Of a stretch of 64,000 nt of DNA, positions 40,868 to 56,900 are shown piece after piece. Source of the DNA: Auanema rhodensis (Eukaryota; Animalia; Nematoda); assembly GCA_964057225.1 (NCBI GenBank), contig OZ059898.1, positions 2,666,001 to 2,730,000 of the forward strand, written 5' to 3'. Under the pieces are notes generated by a model, which was not told the DNA's origin, did no database searches, and worked only from the letters and a program-made list of their open reading frames with translations. Both the position numbers and the translations under genes were made by a program. Numbering within the stretch: the first letter of the stretch is position 1; each line of letters starts with the position of its first letter.

Positions 40868-43522
40868 AATCATAACTAATTTTTGTATTAAGCTTTTCTC
40901 AATGTAGTATAGTGCATTCGTTCCGGATTTTTAAGCTGCGTCGATCTGTGTTATCAGATTTGCGCTAGCTTAAAAATGCACCGAGATATCAACTGATATA
41001 AGTTCACACTTATATCCTCGATTTTCACCCTGAAGAATTAACTTTTTCGTTGAATTACATTGTCTATCGTCTTTGCCTTGAAAAATGGAATCTAAAAACA
41101 TCTACTTTTTGCTAAATTATTCTGAAATTTTTCGAAAAAATTTTTGTCAAAATGTTTTTGGAAGCAATGTTGAGTGTACATGGAAACTCAACATACACTA
41201 ATGCATCATTTTTCAAACGGTCATAACTAATTTTTGTATCAAGCGTTTCTTAATGTAGTATAGTGCATTCGATCCGGATTTTTAAGCTGCGTCGATCTGT
41301 GTTATCAGATTTGCGCTAGCTTAAAAATGCACCGAGATATCAACTGATATAAGTTCACACTTATATCCTCGATTTTCACCCTGAAGAATTAATTTTTTCG
41401 TTGAATAACATTGTCCATCGTCTTTGCCTTGAAAAATGGAATCTTAAAACATCTACTTTTTTCTAAATTATTTTGAAATTTTTCGAAAAAATTTTTGTCA
41501 AAATGTTTTTGGAAGCAATGTTGAGTGTACATGGAAACTCAACATACACTAATGCATCATTTTTCAAACGATCATAACTAATTTTTGTATCAAGTGTTTC
41601 TCAATGTAATATAGTGCATTCGATGCGGATTTTTAAGCTGCGTCGATCTGTGTTATCAGATTTGCGCTAGCTTAAAAATGCACCGAGATATCAACTGATA
41701 TAAGTTCACACTTATATCCTCGATTTTCACCCTGAAGAATTAATTTTTTCGTTGAATAACATTGTCCATCGTCTTTGCCTTGAAAAATGGAATCTAAAAA
41801 CATCTACTTTTTGCTAAATTATTTTGAAATTTTTCGAAACAATTTTTGTCAAAATGTTTTTGGAAGCAATGTTGAGTGTACATGGAAACTCAACATACAC
41901 TAATGCATCATTTTTCAAACGGTCATAACTAATTTTTGTATCAAGCGTTTCTTAATGTAGTATAGTGCATTCGATCCGGATTTTTAAGCTGCGTCGATCT
42001 GTGTTATCAGATTTGCGCTAGCTTAAAAATGCACCGAGATATCAACTGATATAAGTTCACACTTATATCCTCGATTTTCACCCTGAAGAATTAATTTTTT
42101 TGTTGAATAACATTGTCCATCGTCTTTGCCTTGAAAAATGGAATCTAAAAACATCTACTTTTTGCTAAATTATTTTGAAATTTTTCGAAAAAATTTTTGT
42201 CAAAATGTTTTTGGAAGCAATGTTGAGTGTACATGGAAACTCAACATACACTAATGCATCATTTTTCAAACGATCATAACTAATTTTTCTATCAAGCGTT
42301 TCTTAATGTAGTATAGTGCATTCGATCCGGATTTTTAAGCTGCGTCGATCTGTGTTATCAGATTTGCGCTAGCTTAAAAATGCACCGAGATATCAACTGA
42401 TATAAGTTCACACTTATATCCTCGATTTTCACCCTGAAGAATTAACTTTTTCGTTGAATAACATTGTCTATCGTCTTTGCCTTGAAAAATGGAATCTAAA
42501 AACATCTACTTTTTGCTAAATTATTCTGAAATTTTTCGAAAAAATTTTTGTCAAAATGTTTTTGGAAGCAATGTTGAGTGTACATGGAAACTCAACATAC
42601 ACTAATGCATCATTTTTCAAACAATCATAACTAATTTTTGTATTAAGCTTTTCTCGATGTAGTATAGTGCATTCGTTGCGGATTTTTAAGCTGCGTCGAT
42701 CTGTGTTATCAGATTTGCGCTAGCTTAAAAATGCACCGAGATATCAACTGATATAAGTTCACACTTATATCCTCGATTTTCACCCTGAAGAATTAACTTT
42801 TTTGTTGAATAACATTGTCTATCGTCTTTGCCTTGAAAAATGGAATCTAAAAACATCTACTTTTTGGTAAATTATTTTGAAATTTTTCGAAAAAATTTTT
42901 GTCAAAATGTTTTTGGAAGCAATGTTGAGTGTACATGGAAACTCAACATACACTAATGCATCATTTTTCAAACAATCATAACTAATTTTTGTATTAAGCT
43001 TTTCTCAATGTAGTATAGTGCATACGATGCGGATTTTTAAGCTGCGTCGATCTGTGTTATCAGATTTGCGCTAGCTTAAAAATGCACCGAGATATCAACT
43101 GATATAAGTTCACACTTATATCCTCGATTTTCATCCTGAAGAATTAACTTTTTCGTTGAATAACATTGTCCATCGTCTTTGCCTTGAAAAATGGAATCTA
43201 AAAACATCTACTTTTTGCTAAATTATTTTGAAATTTTTCGAAAAAATTTTTGTCAAAATGTTTTTGGAAGCAATGTTGAGTGTACATGGAAACTCAACAT
43301 ACACTAATGCATCATTTTTCAAACGATCATAACTAATTTTTGTATTAAGCTTTTCTCAATGTAGTATAGTGCATACGATGCGGATTTTTAAGCTGCGTCG
43401 ATCTGTGTTATCAGATTTGCGCTAGCTTAAAAATGCACCGAGATATCAACTGATATAAGTTCACACTTATATCCTCGATTTTCATCCTGAAGAATTAATT
43501 TTTTTGTTGAATAACATTGTCC

Positions 43523-46500
43523 ATCGTCTTTGCCTTGAAAAATGGAATCTAAAAACATCTACTTTTTGCTAAATTATTTTGAAATTTTTCGAAAAAATTT
43601 TTGTCAAAATGTTTTTGGAAGCAATGTTGAGTGTACATGGAAACTCAACATACACTAATGCATCATTTTTCAAACGATCATAACTAATTTTTGTATTAAG
43701 CTTTTCTCAATGTAGTATAGTGCATACGATGCGGATTTTTAAGCTGCGTCGATCTGTGTTATCAAATTTGCGCTAGCTTAAAAATGCACCGAGATATCAA
43801 CTGATATAAGTTCACACTTATATCCTCGATTTTCATCCTGAAGAATTAATTTTTTTGTTGAATAACATTGTCCATCGTCTTTGCCTTGAAAAATGGAATC
43901 TAAAAACATCTACTTTTTGCTAAATTATTTTGAAATTTTTCGAAAAAATTTTTGTCAAAATGTTTTTGGAAGCAATGTTGAGTGTACATGGAAACTCAAC
44001 ATACACTAATGCATCATTTTTCAAACGATCATAACTAATTTTTCTATCAAGCGTTTCTTAATGTAGTATAGTGCATTCGATCCGGATTTTTAAGCTGCGT
44101 CGATCTGTGTTATCAGATTTGCGCTAGCTTAAAAATGCACCGAGATATCAACTGATATAAGTTCACACTTATATCCTCGATTTTCACCCTGAAGAATTAA
44201 CTTTTTCGTTGAATAACATTGTCTATCGTCTTTGCCTTGAAAAATGGAATCTAAAAACATCTACTTTTTGCTAAATTATTCTGAAATTTTTCGAAAAAAT
44301 TTTTGTCAAAATGTTTTTGGAAGCAATGTTGAGTGTACATGGAAACTCAACATACACTAATGCATCATTTTTCAAACAATCATAACTAATTTTTGTATTA
44401 AGCTTTTCTCGATGTAGTATAGTGCATTCGATCCGGATTTTTAAGCTGCGTCGATCTGTGTTATCAGATTTGCGCTAGCTTAAAAATGCACCGAGATATC
44501 AACTGATATAAGTTCACACTTATATCCTCGATTTTCACCCTGAAGAATTAACTTTTTCGTTGAATAACATTGTCTATCGTCTTTGCCTTGAAAAATGGAA
44601 TCTAAAAACATCTACTTTTTGGTAAATTATTTTGAAATTTTTCGAAAAAATTTTTGTCAAAATGTTTTTGGAAGCAATGTTGAGTGTACATGGAAACTCA
44701 ACATACACTAATGCATCATTTTTCAAACAATCATAACTAATTTTTGTATTAAGCTTTTCTCAATGTAGTATAGTGCATACGATGCGGATTTTTAAGCTGC
44801 GTCGATCTGTGTTATCAGATTTGCGCTAGCTTAAAAATGCACCGAGATATCAACTGATATAAGTTCACACTTATATCCTCGATTTTCACCCTGAAGAATT
44901 AATTTTTTCGTTGAATAACATTGTCTATCGTCTTTGCCTTGAAAAATGGAATCTAAAAACATCTACTTTTTGCTAAATTATTTTGAAATTTTTCGAAAAA
45001 ATTTTTGTCAAAATGTTTTTGGAAGCAATGTTGAGTGTACATGGAAACTCAACATACACTAATGCATCATTTTTCAAACGATCATAACTAATTTTTGTAT
45101 TAAGCTTTTCTCAATGTAGTATAGTGCATACGATGCGGATTTTTAAGCTGCGTCGATCTGTGTTATCAGATTTGCGCTAGCTTAAAAATGCACCGAGATA
45201 TCAACTGATATAAGTTCACACTTATATCCTCGATTTTCATCCTGAAGAATTAATTTTTTCGTTGAATAACATTGTCCATCGTCTTTGCCTTGAAAAATGG
45301 AATCTAAAAACATCTACTTTTTGCTAAATTATTCTGAAATTTTTCGAAAAAATTTTTGTCAAAATGTTTTTGGAAGCAATGTTGAGTGTACATGGAAACT
45401 CAACATACACTAATGCATCATTTTTCAAACGATCATAACTAATTTTTGTATTAAGCTTTTCTCAATGTAGTATAGTGCATTCGATGCGGATTTTTAAGCT
45501 GCGTCGATCTGTGTTATCAGATTTGCGCTAGCTTAAAAATGCACCGAGATATCAACTGATATAAGTTCACACTTATATCCTCGATTTTCACCCTGAAGAA
45601 TTAATTTTTTCGTTGAATAACATTGTCCATCGTCTTTGCCTTGAAAAATGGAATCTTAAAACATCTACTTTTTTCTAAATTATTTTGAAATTTTTCGAAA
45701 AAAGTTTTGTCAAAATGTTTTGGAAGCAATGTTGAGTGTACATGGAAACTCAACATACACTAATGCATCATTTTTCAAACGATCATAACTAATTTTTGTA
45801 TCAAGTGTTTCTCAATGTAATATAGTGCATTCGATGCGGATTTTTAAGCTGCGTCGATCTGTGTTATCAGATTTGCGCTAGCTTAAAAATGCACCGAGAT
45901 ATCAACTGATATAAGTTCACACTTATATCCTCGATTTTCACCCTGAAGAATTAATTTTTTCGTTGAATAACATTGTCCATCGTCTTTGCCTTGAAAAATG
46001 GAATCTAAAAACATCTACTTTTTGCTAAATTATTTTGAAATTTTTCGAAACAATTTTTGTCAAAATGTTTTTGGAAGCAATGTTGAGTGTACATGGAAAC
46101 TCAACATACACTAATGCATCATTTTTCAAACGGTCATAACTAATTTTTGTATCAAGCGTTTCTTAATGTAGTATAGTGCATTCGATTCGGATTTTTAAGC
46201 TGCGTCGATCTGTGTTATCAGATTTGCGCTAGCTTAAAAATGCACCGAGATATCAACTGATATAAGTTCACACTTATATCCTCGATTTTCACCCTGAAGA
46301 ATTAACTTTTTCGTTGAATAACATTGTCTATCGTCTTTGCCTTGAAAAATGGAATCTAAAAACATCTACTTTTTGGTAAATTATTTTGAAATTTTTCGAA
46401 AAAATTTTTGTCAAAATGTTTTTGGAAGCAATGTTGAGTGTACATGGAAACTCAACATACACTAATGCATCATTTTTCAAACAATCATAACTAATTTTTG

Positions 46501-49340
46501 TATTAAGCTTTTCTCAATGTAGTATAGTGCATACGATGCGGATTTTTAAGCTGCGTCGATCTGTGTTATCAGATTTGCGCTAGCTTAAAAATGCACCGAG
46601 ATATCAACTGATATAAGTTCACACTTATATCCTCGATTTTCATCCTGAAGAATTAACTTTTTCGTTGAATAACATTGTCCATCGTCTTTGCCTTGAAAAA
46701 TGGAATCTAAAAACATCTACTTTTTGCTAAATTATTTTGAAATTTTTCGAAAAAATTTTTGTCAAAATGTTTTTGGAAGCAATGTTGAGTGTACATGGAA
46801 ACTCAACATACACTAATGCATCATTTTTCAAACGATCATAACTAATTTTTGTATTAAGCTTTTCTCAATGTAGTATAGTGCATACGATGCGGATTTTTAA
46901 GCTGCGTCGATCTGTGTTATCAGATTTGCGCTAGCTTAAAAATGCACCGAGATATCAACTGATATAAGTTCACACTTATATCCTCGATTTTCATCCTGAA
47001 GAATTAATTTTTTTGTTGAATAACATTGTCCATCGTCTTTGCCTTGAAAAATGGAATCTAAAAACATCTACTTTTTGCTAAATTATTTTGAAATTTTTCG
47101 AAAAAATTTTTGTCAAAATGTTTTTGGAAGCAATGTTGAGTGTACATGGAAACTCAACATACACTAATGCATCATTTTTCAAACGATCATAACTAATTTT
47201 TCTATCAAGCGTTTCTTAATGTAGTATAGTGCATTCGATCCGGATTTTTAAGCTGCGTCGATCTGTGTTATCAGATTTGCGCTAGCTTAAAAATGCACCG
47301 AGATATCAACTGATATAAGTTCACACTTATATCCTCGATTTTCACCCTGAAGAATTAACTTTTTCGTTGAATAACATTGTCTATCGTCTTTGCCTTGAAA
47401 AATGGAATCTAAAAACATCTACTTTTTGCTAAATTATTCTGAAATTTTTCGAAAAAATTTTTGTCAAAATGTTTTTGGAAGCAATGTTGAGTGTACATGG
47501 AAACTCAACATACACTAATGCATCATTTTTCAAACAATCATAACTAATTTTTGTATTAAGCTTTTCTCGATGTAGTATAGTGCATTCGATCCGGATTTTT
47601 AAGCTGCGTCGATCTGTGTTATCAGATTTGCGCTAGCTTAAAAATGCACCGAGATATCAACTGATATAAGTTCACACTTATATCCTCGATTTTCACCCTG
47701 AAGAATTAACTTTTTCGTTGAATAACATTGTCTATCGTCTTTGCCTTGAAAAATGGAATCTAAAAACATCTACTTTTTGGTAAATTATTTTGAAATTTTT
47801 CGAAAAAATTTTTGTCAAAATGTTTTTGGAAGCAATGTTGAGTGTACATGGAAACTCAACATACACTAATGCATCATTTTTCAAACAATCATAACTAATT
47901 TTTGTATTAAGCTTTTCTCAATGTAGTATAGTGCATACGATGCGGATTTTTAAGCTGCGTCGATCTGTGTTATCAGATTTGCGCTAGCTTAAAAATGCAC
48001 CGAGATATCAACTGATATAAGTTCACACTTATATCCTCGATTTTCACCCTGAAGAATTAATTTTTTCGTTGAATAACATTGTCTATCGTCTTTGCCTTGA
48101 AAAATGGAATCTAAAAACATCTACTTTTTGCTAAATTATTTTGAAATTTTTCGAAAAAATTTTTGTCAAAATGTTTTTGGAAGCAATGTTGAGTGTACAT
48201 GGAAACTCAACATACACTAATGCATCATTTTTCAAACGATCATAACTAATTTTTGTATTAAGCTTTTCTCAATGTAGTATAGTGCATACGATGCGGATTT
48301 TTAAGCTGCGTCGATCTGTGTTATCAGATTTGCGCTAGCTTAAAAATGCACCGAGATATCAACTGATATAAGTTCACACTTATATCCTCGATTTTCATCC
48401 TGAAGAATTAATTTTTTCGTTGAATAACATTGTCCATCGTCTTTGCCTTGAAAAATGGAATCTAAAAACATCTACTTTTTGCTAAATTATTCTGAAATTT
48501 TTCGAAAAAATTTTTGTCAAAATGTTTTTGGAAGCAATGTTGAGTGTACATGGAAACTCAACATACACTAATGCATCATTTTTCAAACGATCATAACTAA
48601 TTTTTGTATTAAGCTTTTCTCAATGTAGTATAGTGCATTCGATGCGGATTTTTAAGCTGCGTCGATCTGTGTTATCAGATTTGCGCTAGCTTAAAAATGC
48701 ACCGAGATATCAACTGATATAAGTTCACACTTATATCCTCGATTTTCACCCTGAAGAATTAATTTTTTCGTTGAATAACATTGTCCATCGTCTTTGCCTT
48801 GAAAAATGGAATCTTAAAACATCTACTTTTTTCTAAATTATTTTGAAATTTTTCGAAAAAATTTTTGTCAAAATGTTTTGGAAGCAATGTTGAGTGTACA
48901 TGGAAACTCAACATACACTAATGCATCATTTTTCAAACGATCATAACTAATTTTTGTATCAAGTGTTTCTCAATGTAATATAGTGCATTCGATGCGGATT
49001 TTTAAGCTGCGTCGATCTGTGTTATCAGATTTGCGCTAGCTTAAAAATGCACCGAGATATCAACTGATATAAGTTCACACTTATATCCTCGATTTTCACC
49101 CTGAAGAATTAATTTTTTCGTTGAATAACATTGTCCATCGTCTTTGCCTTGAAAAATGGAATCTAAAAACATCTACTTTTTGCTAAATTATTTTGAAATT
49201 TTTCGAAACAATTTTTGTCAAAATGTTTTTGGAAGCAATGTTGAGTGTACATGGAAACTCAACATACACTAATGCATCATTTTTCAAACGGTCATAACTA
49301 ATTTTTGTATCAAGCGTTTCTTAATGTAGTATAGTGCATT
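43523..49340. repeat. 9-monomer (3158-bp) tandem duplication marked by a shared 1-bp deletion
   Basis: ATGTTTTGG (one T missing) at about 45721 and about 48879, 3158 bp (9x351-1) apart. Monomer types 43874/47032, 44225/47383, 44576/47734, 44927/48085 and 45278/48436 match pairwise. Confidence 0.88.
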
Positions 49341-52300
49341 CGATCCGGATTTTTAAGCTGCGTCGATCTGTGTTATCAGATTTGCGCTAGCTTAAAAATG
49401 CACCGAGATATCAACTGATATAAGTTCACACTTATATCCTCGATTTTCACCCTGAAGAATTAATTTTTTTGTTGAATAACATTGTCCATCGTCTTTGCCT
49501 TGGAAAATGGAATCTAAAAACATCTACTTTTTGCTAAATTATTTTGAAATTTTTCGAAAAAATTTTTGTCAAAATGTTTTTGGAAGCAATGTTGAGTGTA
49601 CATGGAAACTCAACATACACTAATGCATCATTTTTCAAACGATCATAACTAATTTTTGTATTAAGCTTTTCTCAATGTAGTATAGTGCATACGATGCGGA
49701 TTTTTAAGCTGCGTCGATCTGTGTTATCAGATTTGCGCTAGCTTAAAAATGCACCGAGATATCAACTGATATAAGTTCACACTTATATCCTCGATTTTCA
49801 CCCTGAAGAATTAACTTTTTCGTTGAATAACATTGTCTATCGTCTTTGCCTTGAAAAATGGAATCTAAAAACATCTACTTTTTGCTAAATTATTCTGAAA
49901 TTTTTCGAAAAAATTTTTGTCAAAATGTTTTTGGAAGCAATGTTGAGTGTACATGGAAACTCAACATACACTAATGCATCATTTTTCAAACAATCATAAC
50001 TAATTTTTGTATTAAGCTTTTCTCGATGTAGTATAGTGCATTCGTTGCGGATTTTTAAGCTGCGTCGATCTGTGTTATCAGATTTGCGCTAGCTTAAAAA
50101 TGCACCGAGATATCAACTGATATAAGTTCACACTTATATCCTCGATTTTCACCCTGAAGAATTAACTTTTTCGTTGAATAACATTGTCTATCGTCTTTGC
50201 CTTGAAAAATGGAATCTAAAAACATCTACTTTTTGGTAAATTATTTTGAAATTTTTCGAAAAAATTTTTGTCAAAATGTTTTTGGAAGCAATGTTGAGTG
50301 TACATGGAAACTCAACATACACTAATGCATCATTTTTCAAACGATCATAACTAATTTTTGTATTAAGCTTTTCTCAATGTAGTATAGTGCATACGATGCG
50401 GATTTTTAAGCTGCGTCGATCTGTGTTATCAGATTTGCGCTAGCTTAAAAATGCACCGAGATATCAACTGATATAAGTTCACACTTATATTCTCGATTTT
50501 CATCCTGAAGAATTAATTTTTTCGTTGAATAACATTGTCCATCGTCTTTGCCTTGAAAAATGGAATCTAAAAACATCTACTTTTTGCTAAATTATTTTGA
50601 AATTTTTCGAAAAAATTTTTGTCAAAATGTTTTTGGAAGCAATGTTGAGTGTACATGGAAACTCAACATACACTAATGCATCATTTTTCAAACGATCATA
50701 ACTAATTTTTGTATTAAGCTTTTCTCAATGTAGTATAGTGCATACGATGCGGATTTTTAAGCTGCGTCGATCTGTGTTATCAGATTTGCGCTAGCTTAAA
50801 AATGCACCGAGATATCAACTGATATAAGTTCACACTTATATCCTCGATTTTCACCCTGAAGAATTAATTTTTTTGTTGAATAACATTGTCCATCGTCTTT
50901 GCCTTGAAAAATGGAATCTAAAAACATCTACTTTTTGCTAAATTATTTTGAAATTTTTCGAAAAAATTTTTGTCAAAATGTTTTTGGAAGCAATGTTGAG
51001 TGTACATGGAAACTCAACATACACTAATGCATCATTTTTCAAACGATCATAACTAATTTTTGTATTAAGCTTTTCTCAATGTAGTATAGTGCATTCGATG
51101 CGGATTTTTAAGCTGCGTCGATCTGTGTTATCAGATTTGCGCTAGCTTAAAAATGCACCGAGATATCAACTGATATAAGTTCACACTTATATCCTCGATT
51201 TTCACCCTGAAGAATTAATTTTTTCGTTGAATAACATTGTCCATCGTCTTTGCCTTGAAAAATGGAATCTTAAAACATCTACTTTTTTCTAAATTATTTT
51301 GAAATTTTTCGAAAAAATTTTTGTCAAAATGTTTTTGGAAGCAATGTTGAGTGTACATGGAAACTCAACATACACTAATGCATCATTTTTCAAACGATCA
51401 TAACTAATTTTTGTATCAAGTGTTTCTCAATGTAATATAGTGCATTCGATGCGGATTTTTAAGCTGCGTCGATCTGTGTTATCAGATTTGCGCTAGCTTA
51501 AAAATGCACCGAGATATCAACTGATATAAGTTCACACTTATATCCTCGATTTTCACCCTGAAGAATTAATTTTTTCGTTGAATAACATTGTCCATCGTCT
51601 TTGCCTTGAAAAATGGAATCTAAAAACATCTACTTTTTGCTAAATTATTTTGAAATTTTTCGAAACAATTTTTGTCAAAATGTTTTTGGAAGCAATGTTG
51701 AGTGTACATGGAAACTCAACATACACTAATGCATCATTTTTCAAACGGTCATAACTAATTTTTGTATCAAGCGTTTCTTAATGTAGTATAGTGCATTCGA
51801 TCCGGATTTTTAAGCTGCGTCGATCTGTGTTATCAGATTTGCGCTAGCTTAAAAATGCACCAAGATATCAACTGATATAAGTTCACACTTATATCCTCGA
51901 TTTTCACCCTGAAGAATTAATTTTTTTGTTGAATAACATTGTCCATCGTCTTTGCCTTGAAAAATGGAATCTAAAAACATCTACTTTTTGCTAAATTATT
52001 TTGAAATTTTTCGAAAAAATTTTTGTCAAAATGTTTTTGGAAGCAATGTTGAGTGTACATGGAAACTCAACATACACTAATGCATCATTTTTCAAACGAT
52101 CATAACTAATTTTTGTATTAAGCTTTTCTCAATGTAGTATAGTGCATACGATGCGGATTTTTAAGCTGCGTCGATCTGTGTTATCAGATTTGCGCTAGCT
52201 TAAAAATGCACCGAGATATCAACTGATATAAGTTCACACTTATATCCTCGATTTTCACCCTGAAGAATTAACTTTTTCGTTGAATAACATTGTCTATCGT

Positions 52301-53399
52301 CTTTGCCTTGAAAAATGGAATCTAAAAACATCTACTTTTTGCTAAATTATTCTGAAATTTTTCGAAAAAATTTTTGTCAAAATGTTTTTGGAAGCAATGT
52401 TGAGTGTACATGGAAACTCAACATACACTAATGCATCATTTTTCAAACGGTCATAACTAATTTTTGTATCAAGCGTTTCTTAATGTAGTATAGTGCATTC
52501 GATCCGGATTTTTAAGCTGCGTCGATCTGTGTTATCAGATTTGCGCTAGCTTAAAAATGCACCGAGATATCAACTGATATAAGTTCACACTTATATCCTC
52601 GATTTTCACCCTGAAGAATTAATTTTTTTGTTGAATAACATTGTCCATCGTCTTTGCCTTGAAAAATGGAATCTAAAAACATCTACTTTTTGCTAAATTA
52701 TTTTGAAATTTTTCGAAAAAATTTTTGTCAAAATGTTTTTGGAAGCAATGTTGAGTGTACATGGAAACTCAACATACACTAATGCATCATTTTTCAAACG
52801 ATCATAACTAATTTTTGTATTAAGCTTTTCTCAATGTAGTATAGTGCATACGATGCGGATTTTTAAGCTGCGTCGATCTGTGTTATCAGATTTGCGCTAG
52901 CTTAAAAATGCACCGAGATATCAACTGATATAAGTTCACACTTATATCCTCGATTTTCACCCTGAAGAATTAACTTTTTCGTTGAATAACATTGTCTATC
53001 GTCTTTGCCTTGAAAAATGGAATCTAAAAACATCTACTTTTTGCTAAATTATTCTGAAATTTTTCGAAAAAATTTTTGTCAAAATGTTTTTGGAAGCAAT
53101 GTTGAGTGTACATGGAAACTCAACATACACTAATGCATCATTTTTCAAACAATCATAACTAATTTTTGTATTAAGCTTTTCTCGATGTAGTATAGTGCAT
53201 TCGTTGCGGATTTTTAAGCTGCGTCGATCTGTGTTATCAGATTTGCGCTAGCTTAAAAATGCACCGAGATATCAACTGATATAAGTTCACACTTATATCC
53301 TCGATTTTCACCCTGAAGAATTAACTTTTTCGTTGAATAACATTGTCTATCGTCTTTGCCTTGAAAAATGGAATCTAAAAACATCTACTTTTTGGTAAA

Positions 53400-56300
53400 T
53401 TATTTTGAAATTTTTCGAAAAAATTTTTGTCAAAATGTTTTTGGAAGCAATGTTGAGTGTACATGGAAACTCAACATACACTAATGCATCATTTTTCAAA
53501 CGATCATAACTAATTTTTGTATTAAGCTTTTCTCAATGTAGTATAGTGCATACGATGCGGATTTTTAAGCTGCGTCGATCTGTGTTATCAGATTTGCGCT
53601 AGCTTAAAAATGCACCGAGATATCAACTGATATAAGTTCACACTTATATCCTCGATTTTCATCCTGAAGAATTAATTTTTTCGTTGAATAACATTGTCCA
53701 TCGTCTTTGCCTTGAAAAATGGAATCTAAAAACATCTACTTTTTGCTAAATTATTTTGAAATTTTTCGAAAAAATTTTTGTCAAAATGTTTTTGGAAGCA
53801 ATGTTGAGTGTACATGGAAACTCAACATACACTAATGCATCATTTTTCAAACGATCATAACTAATTTTTGTATTAAGCTTTTCTCAATGTAGTATAGTGC
53901 ATACGATGCGGATTTTTAAGCTGCGTCGATCTGTGTTATCAGATTTGCGCTAGCTTAAAAATGCACCGAGATATCAACTGATATAAGTTCACACTTATAT
54001 CCTCGATTTTCACCCTGAAGAATTAACTTTTTCGTTGAATAACATTGTCTATCGTCTTTGCCTTGAAAAATGGAATCTAAAAACATCTACTTTTTGCTAA
54101 ATTATTCTGAAATTTTTCGAAAAAATTTTTGTCAAAATGTTTTTGGAAGCAATGTTGAGTGTACATGGAAACTCAACATACACTAATGCATCATTTTTCA
54201 AACAATCATAACTAATTTTTGTATTAAGCTTTTCTCAATGTAGTATAGTGCATTCGTTGCGGATTTTTAAGCTGCGTCGATCTGTGTTATCAGATTTGCG
54301 CTAGCTTAAAAATGCACCGAGATATCAACTGATATAAGTTCACACTTATATCCTCGATTTTCACCCTGAAGAATTAACTTTTTCGTTGAATAACATTGTC
54401 TATCGTCTTTGCCTTGAAAAATGGAATCTAAAAACATCTACTTTTTGGTAAATTATTTTGAAATTTTTCGAAAAAATTTTTGTCAAAATGTTTTTGGAAG
54501 CAATGTTGAGTGTACATGGAAACTCAACATACACTAATGCATCATTTTTCAAACGATCATAACTAATTTTTGTATTAAGCGTTTCTCAATGTAGTATAGT
54601 GCATTCGATGCGGATTTTTAAGCTGCGTCGATCTCTGTTATCAGATTTGCGCTAGCTTAAAAATGCACCGAGATATCAACTGATATAAGTTCACACTTAT
54701 ATCCTCGATTTTCACCCTGAAGAATTAATTTTTTCGTTGAATAACATTGTCCATCGTCTTTGCCTTGAAAAATGGAATCTTAAAACATCTACTTTTTTCT
54801 AAATTATTTTGAAATTTTTCGAAAAAATTTTTGTCAAAATGTTTTTGGAAGCAATGTTGAGTGTACATGGAAACTCAACATACACTAATGCATCATTTTT
54901 CAAACGATCATAACTAATTTTTGTATTAAGCTTTTCTCAATGTAGTATAGTGCATACGATGCGGATTTTTAAGCTGCGTCGATCTGTGTTATCAGATTTG
55001 CGCTAGCTTAAAAATGCACCGAGATATCAACTGATATAAGTTCACACTTATATCCTCGATTTTCATCCTGAAGAATTAATTTTTTCGTTGAATAACATTG
55101 TCCATCGTCTTTGCCTTGAAAAATGGAATCTAAAAACATCTACTTTTTGCTAAATTATTTTGAAATTTTTCGAAAAAATTTTTGTCAAAATGTTTTTGGA
55201 AGCAATGTTGAGTGTACATGGAAACTCAACATACACTAATGCATCATTTTTCAAACGATCATAACTAATTTTTGTATTAAGCTTTTCTCAATGTAGTATA
55301 GTGCATACGATGCGGATTTTTAAGCTGCGTCGATCTGTGTTATCAGATTTGCGCTAGCTTAAAAATGCACCGAGATATCAACTGATATAAGTTCACACTT
55401 ATATCCTCGATTTTCACCCTGAAGAATTAACTTTTTCGTTGAATAACATTGTCTATCGTCTTTGCCTTGAAAAATGGAATCTAAAAACATCTACTTTTTG
55501 CTAAATTATTCTGAAATTTTTCGAAAAAATTTTTGTCAAAATGTTTTTGGAAGCAATGTTGAGTGTACATGGAAACTCAACATACACTAATGCATCATTT
55601 TTCAAACAATCATAACTAATTTTTGTATTAAGCTTTTCTCAATGTAGTATAGTGCATTCGTTGCGGATTTTTAAGCTGCGTCGATCTGTGTTATCAGATT
55701 TGCGCTAGCTTAAAAATGCACCGAGATATCAACTGATATAAGTTCACACTTATATCCTCGATTTTCACCCTGAAGAATTAACTTTTTCGTTGAATAACAT
55801 TGTCTATCGTCTTTGCCTTGAAAAATGGAATCTAAAAACATCTACTTTTTGGTAAATTATTTTGAAATTTTTCGAAAAAATTTTTGTCAAAATGTTTTTG
55901 GAAGCAATGTTGAGTGTACATGGAAACTCAACATACACTAATGCATCATTTTTCAAACGATCATAACTAATTTTTGTATTAAGCGTTTCTCAATGTAGTA
56001 TAGTGCATTCGATGCGGATTTTTAAGCTGCGTCGATCTCTGTTATCAGATTTGCGCTAGCTTAAAAATGCACCGAGATATCAACTGATATAAGTTCACAC
56101 TTATATCCTCGATTTTCACCCTGAAGAATTAATTTTTTCGTTGAATAACATTGTCCATCGTCTTTGCCTTGAAAAATGGAATCTTAAAACATCTACTTTT
56201 TTCTAAATTATTTTGAAATTTTTCGAAAAAATTTTTGTCAAAATGTTTTTGGAAGCAATGTTGAGTGTACATGGAAACTCAACATACACTAATGCATCAT

Positions 56301-56900
56301 TTTTCAAACGATCATAACTAATTTTTGTATTAAGCTTTTCTCAATGTAGTATAGTGCATACGATGCGGATTTTTAAGCTGCGTCGATCTGTGTTATCAGA
56401 TTTGCGCTAGCTTAAAAATGCACCGAGATATCAACTGATATAAGTTCACACTTATATCCTCGATTTTCATCCTGAAGAATTAATTTTTTCGTTGAATAAC
56501 ATTGTCCATCGTCTTTGCCTTGAAAAATGGAATCTAAAAACATCTACTTTTTGCTAAATTATTTTGAAATTTTTCGAAAAAATTTTTGTCAAAATGTTTT
56601 TGGAAGCAATGTTGAGTGTACATGGAAACTCAACATACACTAATGCATCATTTTTCAAACGATCATAACTAATTTTTGTATTAAGCTTTTCTCAATGTAG
56701 TATAGTGCATACGATGCGGATTTTTAAGCTGCGTCGATCTGTGTTATCAGATTTGCGCTAGCTTAAAAATGCACCGAGATATCAACTGATATAAGTTCAC
56801 ACTTATATCCTCGATTTTCACCCTGAAGAATTAACTTTTTCGTTGAATAACATTGTCTATCGTCTTTGCCTTGAAAAATGGAATCTAAAAACATCTACTT
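53400..56900. repeat. 4-monomer (1404-bp) higher-order repeat, about 2.5 copies
   Basis: GATCTCTG at 54635/56039; monomer types 53700=55104=56508, 54051=55455, 54402=55806, 54753=56157. Confidence 0.85.
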
